Origin: Eledone cirrhosa
Lineage: Eukaryota
Length of the DNA stretch: 64,000 bases
NCBI GenBank assembly: GCA_964016885.1
Contig: OZ024744.1
Coordinates: 29,078,001-29,142,000 of the forward strand
Direction of reading: 5' to 3'
The notes under the pieces were generated by a model. It was given only the letters and a program-made list of their open reading frames with translations. It had not been told where the DNA came from and made no database searches. Positions 50,887 to 64,000 of the stretch are shown piece by piece. Each line of letters opens with the position of its first letter. The stretch's first letter is position 1. A program made the translations under genes and the position numbers.

Positions 50887-52264
50887 TTAATTTTGGTTGG
50901 AGTTCATTAATTTGTATTGCCTCTGTGTAAACATTGCGTCTTTTCTGTGTGTAGATTCTATTTTTATTTCTATGTTCTCTAATTTACCCTTATGTTCTAT
51001 TTTAGCATGTTGATGGAGTACATATGATTCTTTACTATCTTGAAGCTCTCGCCAGTGTTCATTTATCTGTTCTCCTATACTACGAGCTGTCTCACCTATG
51101 TACACTATATTCTTATCTCTACATTGTCCTTCAGTACATCTTATGCTATATACTACATTTCTAGTTTTACAGTTAATGTGGGGGCTTAGTTTACAGGTTA
51201 TACATTTCTTATCTATACAGGGAGGTTGAAAAGGGTATGTATTGCTAATAAGTGTTTTTATGGAGGTACCTGGTCTTTCTACTATCTTAATATTGAGTTT
51301 ATGTTTATCTAGGGCCCTTCTAAATTTGTAAGCTAATTCACCTCTAGGGGTTGTATTGATGAACATTAGACTCTGGTATTTATTGCTATCATACCATGAG
51401 TTTATTCTATTAAACTTATTCCTATTTCTTTCTATTCTATTCCAAAATTTGCTCCTATACATGGGGCAGGTCCCATTTGTATCATTATTTACCATTTTTT
51501 CCCATTTGGTTCTGGCTCCTCTATATACTCTGATTTTATCTCTCTGGTTGTAACCAGAGAACTGCATACGGTGGATGAAGTGTTGTATGTGTCTCTCTAG
51601 TTCTTTGTGGTTGCACATGCAGGACACGTTTCTCATCACCCGTACCAAATCCGCAATCAGTATGTTGATTTTGGTATGGTCCGAAACAGCTGAGTTTAGG
51701 TGGATCAGATATTTGGAAGTCATGGGTTTGGCATAATGGGAATGGAGGATTTGTTTTTTGTTATAAATGGTTTCTAAACAGAGCTCTGTGTCTAGTACAA
51801 GTAATCGATGGTTGGGGTGTTTGCTTGGGTAGTCTATAGTAACTCTAATACTCTGGTTGATGGAGTTAGCTATTTGCTGGATGCTTTCTATGGTGTTTTT
51901 CTCTAATTCCTGACTGTTCTCTAGTGGGGGTGTTTTTACTACGATGTTTATATCATCAACGTAGCGGGAGTACATTATCGGGGTTGCTGTCTTCTAATTG
52001 TTCAGTAAGTTTAGGTTTAAGTCTATTGTCCCACCATACCATGAATAGGTTAGCTATGTCACCTGCAATGCTAACACCAATAGCTGCTCCTTCCTCTTGG
52101 GCATATGTTTTTCCATTAAATTTGAACATATGTTCCTTAAGGGTTAATTTTATACTGGCCCCTACCGCATGTGCAATCATTTTCTTTAGTTCATCGTGGT
52201 TTTCGAGGGTCCGTATGGCTCTGGTCCACCCGTTCCATCTATCTGTGTGGGTTTTCTTGGCCAT
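50887..52264 (-). pseudogene. PLE RT-GIY-YIG polyprotein, 5'-truncated and frameshifted
   Basis: YAQEEGAAIG..IANLFM, YSRYVDD, PC..KKC..C linker, NVVYSIRC..VYIGETARSIGE..EH; frameshift near 51965. Confidence 0.9.
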
Positions 52265-52649
52265 TGAGGTAATGGTAGGTGGTCTGCCTCTTGCTGGTCT
52301 TGTAGGGCACAGGTTGCTAAGGTCATAGGTATCTAGATAATCATTACTATAGGTAAGTAGGAATCCCAGCTCACTGGTATCAATCCCACGTATTTTTTAC
52401 CGTTGGTCAGTCAATGATAAACATTGAGGACCGAATGAGTTAACTTTATAAATGATACAGAAGCGAAAACCAACTAAACAGTGAGTGTGTTCTGTTATTA
52501 ATTCTGGCAATATTATTACAACAATATGACCCTCCCCAAGTATAACAATATTTGTTTCGACACACGATTTCATATCAAAAACCTCGCAAAACAAATATAT
52601 ATATATATAGTAATAATAATAATAATTGTGAAGACTAATAAATAAATAA

Positions 52650-52921
<272 letters not shown>

Positions 52922-53123
52922 TTTCTGAATATGTTTAGCAAGATTCTTTATCTGAAAACGTGTGTTGAAACCGATATTGTTATGTTTGGGAGGGTCATGT
53001 TGCCAATAAGAAACACACGCACTCCAATTATTTATAAGTTAAATTTATAAATTTAAGAATTTATAAATTATAAATTTCCGGTTGGTTGGTTGGTTTCCAC
53101 AACCGGACGGTTGTACATATATT

Positions 53124-53166
53124 GTCAAAGTTCTTTCGTCACACATTCTGTGACCTCTTCAGTGAC
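53124..53166 (-). ncRNA. Hammerhead motif in PLE-B pLTR (best copy)
   Basis: GTCA-CTGAAGA-g-GTCACA-gaatg-TGTGAC-GAAA-gaac-TT-TGAC; stems I and II perfect. Confidence 0.75.
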
Positions 53167-53531
53167 TGGGGATTCTTTTCTTTGTTTTTGTGCCTCTCCT
53201 TTGTTCTGTCCTACGCCATCTTGTTTTTGTGTGTGCTGTGTGCTTAGTTTGCGCATGTGTTACATCCGGGTATCTGTGTGTGTTTATATTTGTTTATTTA
53301 TTTGTTTATTTACATGTTACTGGTTGGTTGTTTGTTCTATGTGTGTGTGTGTTTTCATTTTGTCCTTAATTGTAAGTTGTGATCTTGCTATTCCATTTAT
53401 GTTTTCTATTTAATTTTGGTTGGAGTTCATTTATGTTTATTGCCTCTGTGATTCGTCTAAACATTGCGTCTTTTCTGTGTGTAGATTCTATTTTTATTTC
53501 TATGTTCTCTAATTTACCCTTATGTTCTATT

Positions 53532-53710
53532 TGGTGATAATTCGTATGAACATAAAGCAAGATAAATGCAAATAATAATAATTATTATTATTTTGGAACA
53601 GCAAGAACCCTCCGATACGTCCTGAATATCGGAGGCTGCAGGTAGCGGCTTGATATTCATTTCAACAAACTTTCCAGTTAAATAAAATCAATGACTGAGA
53701 CTCAAAGAAA

Positions 53711-53768
<58 letters not shown>
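53532..53768 (+). mobile_element. Two stacked, extremely 5'-truncated R4/Dong 3' ends, each followed by (AAT)n
   Basis: 53532-53570 matches 63842-63880; 53594-53710 matches 58508-58622. Confidence 0.85.
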
Positions 53769-53769
<1 letters not shown>

Positions 53770-53934
53770 GGGAAGAAGACGCACGAGGTGACGGAGGTCA
53801 TGAAATCGCTCCCGTAAGTTTTGAATTTTTAACATATTTAAATCATTTGTGAAATAACAACTCTTAGTACAAATGCTACGTAAAGCACCCGGCTTGAGCC
53901 CCAAAAAATTCGGACCCAAAATATATTGTTATAA

Positions 53935-54584
53935 GGCTCAAATATTCAAATATTCAACTTTGTATTGTACACTGTATATCCAAAAAAAAATGGCTATAAA
54001 TGGAAGAAGAAGAACCCCCCCCCCCCTCCTCTCCTCTGGCTACACTATATAGGACAGCTAAACTCACCAACACCAGAAACTAGATACACCGCCCACCCCA
54101 TCATCTGTGTACACTAAACACAACAGCATTTTCACCTTCACCGCCACCGCTCACTACGGCCATCATTACCACCACTATCCCATCACCGCCGCCACCACCC
54201 CTTGACTCCTTCACTGCTGCTGCCACCGCTACAGCACCATCACTACAGTAATACGGCTCAAATATTCAAATATTCAACTTTGTATTGTACACTGTATATC
54301 CAAAAAAAAAAAATAAATAAAATGGCTATAAATGGAAGAAGAAGAACCCCCCCCCCTCCTCTCCTCTGGCTACACTATATAGGACAGCGAAACTCACCAA
54401 CACCAGAAACTAGATACACCACCCACCCCATCATCTGTGTACACTAAACACAACAGCATTTTCACCTTCACCGCCACCGCTCACTACGGCCATCATTACC
54501 ACCACTATCCCATGACCGCCGCCACCACCCCCTGACTCCTTCACTGCTGCTGCCACCGCTACAGCACCATCACTACAGTAATAC
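53935..54584. repeat. Tandem duplication of ~320-330 bp
   Basis: 53935-54254 is nearly identical to 54255-54584; 53770-54130 is also homologous to 58762-59125. Confidence 0.9.
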
Positions 54585-54929
54585 GGTCGCATCACCGCCA
54601 CCACTGCCTCGGTATCGACATCACCGCCACCACTGTCTCAGTATCGCCAACGCCGCTAGTCTCTGCTGGCTACCACTTCCACATTATAGAATTCCTACTA
54701 CCAACAAAGAGGAAGGCATCAAAATATATAGATAGACTCAAAAGAAAAAAGAAAAAACAAACAACAAAAGCAGCACAGCAACAACAGTAAAAAACGAGAA
54801 AAACAGAGAAAAACAAAAACAAAAAAAGAAACCCCAAAAACGTAAAGAAAATAAGAATGAAGAGAGAAGCAGGCGGACGGACAGAGAAGAGGGGGGAAAA
54901 AGTAAAACTTAAAAAACAAAAACTAAGTC

Positions 54930-58761
<3,832 letters not shown>

Positions 58762-59163
58762 GCGAAGAAGACGCAGGAGGTGGTAGAACGTCACGAAATT
58801 GCTCCCGTAAGTTTTTGATTTTTAACATATTTAAATCAATTGTGAAAGAAGAATTCTTAGCACAAATGTTGCATAAATGCACCGAATGAGATCCCATAAA
58901 GTTTCGGATCCATATTATATTGTTGTATCGCTCAAATATTCAATTTTGTATTATATATTTTGTATTCAAAAAAAGAAAATGGTTATAAATGGAACAAAAC
59001 ACCCTCTGTCTACACTATATAGAACAGCCAAATAGCAGCAATTTCAATTTCACCAACACCAGAAACTTGATACACTACCTATCCCATCACACTAAATATA
59101 ACAGCCAGATAACGGCAATTTCACCAGCATCATAATAATAATTACTATTATTATTGTCTCAAA

Positions 59164-59350
59164 AGGGCGGTGGATTAGCAGTATCGGTAGAGGGTCGGAC
59201 GCTATGCTTTGACGTATAGAGTTACGGCCATGCCATTCTGAGTTCAAATCCCGCCGAGGTTAACTTTGCCTTTCATCCTTACGGGGTCGATAAAATAAAG
59301 TACCAGTAATGCTCTGGGTAATTTCTGGCCTTGTGCCAAACGTAGAAACA
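59164..59350 (+). mobile_element. SINE family 1 with 17-bp TSD
   Basis: TSD ATTATTATTGTCTCAAA at 59147-59163 and 59351-59367. Confidence 0.9.
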
Positions 59351-59928
59351 ATTATTATTGTCTCAAATTTTAAAAAATGTTTAATTCAAATTTTACGGGA
59401 ATATGTCAACACAAAATATAATAAAAATATATATTAAACATACGAACACAAACTCATAGATACTATATCAGTAACCACAACACCACCGCTGCTACCACCC
59501 CACCGCATCCATCATCGCCGCCACCACTCATTCAATGCTACCGACACTATTCCCCTGTTAACTTGAGAGAGAAAAGGGAAGGTGGCGGTATCACTAGACA
59601 AGAGAGAGGCTAGCAAAAGATATAAATAGATTGACTTGGTGACCTTGCCACCGGCCAAACGTCTACATCAACAATTATGGGACTGTTGGCTCACCCCTTC
59701 CTCACCAACAATATAAAAAGTCCCGGCACCACCACCGACATAGCCAACAACAATAACAGCCAACTACAACAAAAAGTATATTATATTATTGTAATGCACT
59801 GGGTGATTGCTGGCCTTGTGCCTGGAGTGGAGACAATTATTAATAATTTCATTCTTAAGCCACGCAATGCTCACATTAAGGAACCACTCATGATAATAAC
59901 AATTTAAAAAAAAACAACAAAAAGAAAA

Positions 59929-62900
59929 CCCCGTGACCAAGAAATACCGGGATGGCGGCCGGCGGGGAATAGCCATGTCTCTAGGGGAGAACGACCCCTC
60001 TAGTCTTGGTTGACACTCGTTCTAGAAGTGGTAACACGAAATGATTACCCCTTGGCGGATAAGGATAAAACGCGACAAAATAAAGTAAATGTCTAATGAT
60101 AAAATCTCATACCGGATCGGCCGTCACCCGGGTAAAAAAGGGCCGCGTCCCTCAGAGAGGAACCAGACTGGGGTCGAAAAATCAGCTAATGGTTCAAACC
60201 TTCCCATCACTTCGGAGCTGGAGACGTCCCATAACCGGAATACTCCTACTGTTGGCCCTCCATGCTCACCACCAAGAAATCCAAAGAAAAAGAGAGAAAA
60301 ATGGTCAAGGGAAGATAATAAAGAAGTCCTTGAGGCTTTCTACACTGCCATGTACTACCCAGCAAATACATCGAATACAGAACAAACATATATCAACTGG
60401 AAAAAGAAACATCCCGAAAACAGAGGCTATATTGACAGTAACAAACTAGCCAATATACGAAGAAATATTGTAAGAAAATAGTTACTAACTGATATAGAAA
60501 TTGATCAGATCAAGCTAGTAGCACAAAGTCAGCGCAGGGAAAATGAAGCATGTGTCAGTGAAAACAAGGTAAACTGTAACACTTCGAATCCCAGGGTTGG
60601 GGCGGAATCACTGGCAACAGAACAAATTAAAGAAAGGAGCGAAAAAGTGGAGGGAGTGCATGCTCAGGATGAAACTCCAAATGAAAATAATGAGATCGTA
60701 AATGATAAAGAAATGAATGAGAATGAACTTGCCAACTTGAAGGAGGAAATTATGATCGAATGGATGAAAATGAAAGAATCTGACATGGGGCAACGAGACA
60801 CCCTCCCTAAGATCCAGAACTCCAAACAGAACCAAAAGATAATACACAAGACTAACATAATTCTCAAAAACATTATCATCACAAACAAACTAAACATTAC
60901 TGACTTAAATCATCTCTATTATGCATCGGCTAAAGTCACCACTCACTTATGTGGAGTGAAGATGAAAAAACAAAGGAATTCCCACAAGAAATCTACTTGG
61001 CAAGATAACATCAATCACCAAATAAACCTTCTCCGATCTGACATAGAAATGTTAACAAACTATAAAGTAGGTGAACATGTTAAACAAACTAAACTTAGAA
61101 AATTGAAAAAAAAGAACAGTATAAGATCAACATGTGACATAGACATGCTGATAGAAACAATCAAGCAAAAAGTGTCGGCCAAAGCTGCTCGTATAAGGCG
61201 CTTTGAAAAACGATCTAGATTCTATAAGGACAATAATATGTTCAAAAATAACCAAAGAAACTTCTACAGAAAAATTGGTAAGTCAACAATAACTGCTAAA
61301 TCAATACCACCCAAGGAGGAAATGCAAGAATTCTGGGAAAAGATCTGGGCCGAAGAAAAAGTTCATAACATACATGCCCCATGGATAGACAGACAAATGA
61401 AAGAAACAGCTCACCTTGAAGAACAAACATGGGAAAATATAACAGTTGAACAGTTGCGCTTGGCTCCAAGAAAAACCAGCAAATGGAAATCCCCAGGAAA
61501 AGACAAAATACAAAACTTTTGGATAAATGCCTTCACAGAGTCTCATGAGCTGTTAGCCCAACTTTACAATGAAATAGTTAAGGAGCCAGAAAAGATACCA
61601 TCATGGCTAGTTAACGGCATTACATTCCTGCTACCGAAGAATGATGAGACAAACAATCCCAAAAATTACAGACCGATAACCTGCTTGACCACAATGTATA
61701 AAATTTTAACATCAGTCCTAACTGAATACACATATGACCACCTGATAACAAATGACCTATTTCCCATTGAGCAGAAAGGGTGTAAACGAGGCACATATGG
61801 CTGTAAGGATCAGCTTCTGGTTAACAAAATGATACTGGAAGATTGTCATAATAGACACAAAAATCTATCGATTGCTTGGATAGATCATAAAAAAGCATTC
61901 GATAGTTTGCCACACAGTTGGATTGAAAAATGTTTAGAGATTTTCAAAATATCCCCCGTTGTCAGGAGGTTTTTGTCGTTCAGTATGAAGACATGGAGAA
62001 CGACACTCCTTTTGAATAGTGAAACAAAATCACTGGAAGCTGGAGAAGTTAATATTAATTGTGAAATGTTTCAGGATGACTCTTTATCACCGTTTTTATT
62101 CTGCATCGCACTTATACCATTAAGTAAAATGCTCAATGAAACAAAACATGGATATAGAGTCTATGACAAAACCATTAATCACCTGTTCTACATGGAAGAC
62201 CTGAAACTATTTGCAAAAAATGATGAACAATTGCAAGGGCTATTATCCACTGTGAAGCAGTTCAGTGATGACATTAAAATGGAGTTTGGACTGGATAAAT
62301 GCGCCAAAGCAACGTTCACCAGAGGAAAGCTGCTGAAGAGTTCAGACATTAATCTTGATCGGGGGAACGTGATAAGAGAGCTTGATCAAGAAAAAACTTA
62401 CAAATATCTAGGTGTTTGTGAAGGAGACGGAATCAAGCACTCGACAATGCGGGAAAGGATAAGGAAGGAATGTTACCGCAGAGTCAGAGTAATCTTAAGA
62501 ACGGAATTGAATGCAAGGAATAGGATCGATGCCATAAACACGCTTGCCATACCAGTAGTAACCTACAGTTACAATGTCATCAACTGGTCAAGCACAGAGA
62601 TCCGTAGGCTCGATACAAAAATCTGAAAATTCTTAACCATGCACAGAATGCATCACCCTAAGGCAGACATAGATAGAATATATCTCCCTAGGAAAGAAGG
62701 AGGACGTGGGTTAATCCAGTTAGACATTGCGTTGAAAACTGCAACAATTGGATTATCCACATATCTAAGGGAATCACATGATTGGATGATCAAACTCGTT
62801 TTGAAACACGAAAGCACCAAAAGATCATATTCCATTACAAAAGATGCACAAAGATACAGTAATGGACTACAAATTTCAGAAGTCCCATTTACTGCTGAAA

Positions 62901-63882
62901 TGGAAAACACAGAAAAAGCAAAGCAGGTAAAAGTAACTGCAAAGAAAGAACTGCTACAGAAACTGGCTAAGAAATGGCAAGAAAAGCCTCTGTATGGAAA
63001 ATACCCAGAGCGAGCTAACAATCCTGATGTTGACAAAACTTTAACCCATCAATGGTTGGCATCCTCTGGACTGAAATCGGAGACTGAAGGACTGATTATA
63101 TCGGCACAAGATCAGTGTCTGCCAACAAAAAATTACCAAGCCAACATAATAAAAAATGGGTGCAGCCCATTATGCCGTGTATGCAAAAAACAACCAGAGA
63201 CCATTGACCATATAATTTCAATGTGCAATCCTATAGCTCCAACCGAATACCTAAACAGGCATGACAGAGCTGCACAATACATACATTGGATAATGTGTAA
63301 GCATTTTGACCTGCCCCATCAAAAGAATTGGTGGGAGCATCAACCACCTCCCATTCTTGAAAAAGATCACATCTCAATCTTGTGGAACTTTAGCATCCAA
63401 ACAGACCGAAAAATAGATGCAAATAGACCTGATATAATATTGAAGGACTTTCAAAGGAGGGTATGCCTGCTAATTGATATGTCTGTTCCAATAGACAAGA
63501 ATGTATCTATAAAAACATTTGAAAAATTGAGCAAGTATAAGGACCTGGAGATAGAAATTGGAAAAATGTGGAAATTGAGAACTAAAACAATACCAGTGGT
63601 TGTAGGCGCTCTGGGAATGATACCTAAGGGGTCTAATGATTACTTATCGCAGATCCCAGGAAACCCGCGTATAGGAGAAATACAAAAGATAGTACTAATG
63701 GGAACTGCCCATATACTAAGGAAGATTCTGTCAATATAAGTACATCACAAGTCTAAACACTAAAGATGCATGTGTGAGTATGTATGTTCTTCCTTGAACA
63801 TGGCGGACCTTGTTGTCTCTTGAGGTCACTGGTTGTGACTTGGTGATAACCCGTATGAACATAAAGCAAGATAAATGCAACT

Positions 63883-63964
<82 letters not shown>
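59929..63964 (+). mobile_element. Full-length R4/Dong-clade retrotransposon B with (AAT)n tail
   Basis: GC-rich 5' leader, single-frame ORF, 3' UTR 63740-63883, (AAT)n to ~63964. Confidence 0.93.
60089..63739 (+). pseudogene. R4/Dong polyprotein (1216 codons) with two in-frame stops and mutated RT motifs
   Basis: ORFs starting at 60089, 60647 and 62639 share one frame; TAG 60479-60481, TGA 62624-62626; YMED in place of YMDD and FQDDS in place of FQGDS. Confidence 0.92.
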
Positions 63965-63966
<2 letters not shown>

Positions 63967-64000
63967 TTTTCTTTATTAACCACAAGGGTTCACATAAAGT

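Noticed and set aside
62624-62626. Selenocysteine or readthrough UGA in R4 element B
   Set aside because: It aligns to Arg in element A (RKTRK), consistent with CGA>TGA decay; the copy also has a TAG and mutated RT motifs.

Overview
Repeat-saturated eukaryotic (metazoan) DNA with no recognisable host gene, rRNA, tRNA or CRISPR. The SINE and microsatellite landscape resembles an octopod cephalopod, but that is inference. Contents: five R4/Dong-clade RLE non-LTR retrotransposon copies, three degenerate ones bounded by (CATA)n and two near full-length ones ending in (AAT)n, one of them a single frameshift from intact. There are at least five Penelope-like element (PLE) remnants and about 9 type I hammerhead ribozyme motifs. 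Also present are a 2.66-kb non-autonomous LTR element inserted inside a PLE GIY-YIG domain, a Tx1/L1 LINE in (TATC)n, an RTE fragment, a mariner relic, a Tc2/pogo-like MITE and two SINE families. Three large tandem arrays occur: a G-rich ~35-bp minisatellite apparently amplified from a PLE zinc-linker coding segment, a 48-bp SINE-internal minisatellite, and a 15.4-kb (GTT)n-ACT satellite with nested ~2-kb and ~6.7-kb higher-order repeats. All pairings, translations and coordinates were read by eye; boundaries may be off by a few bases.
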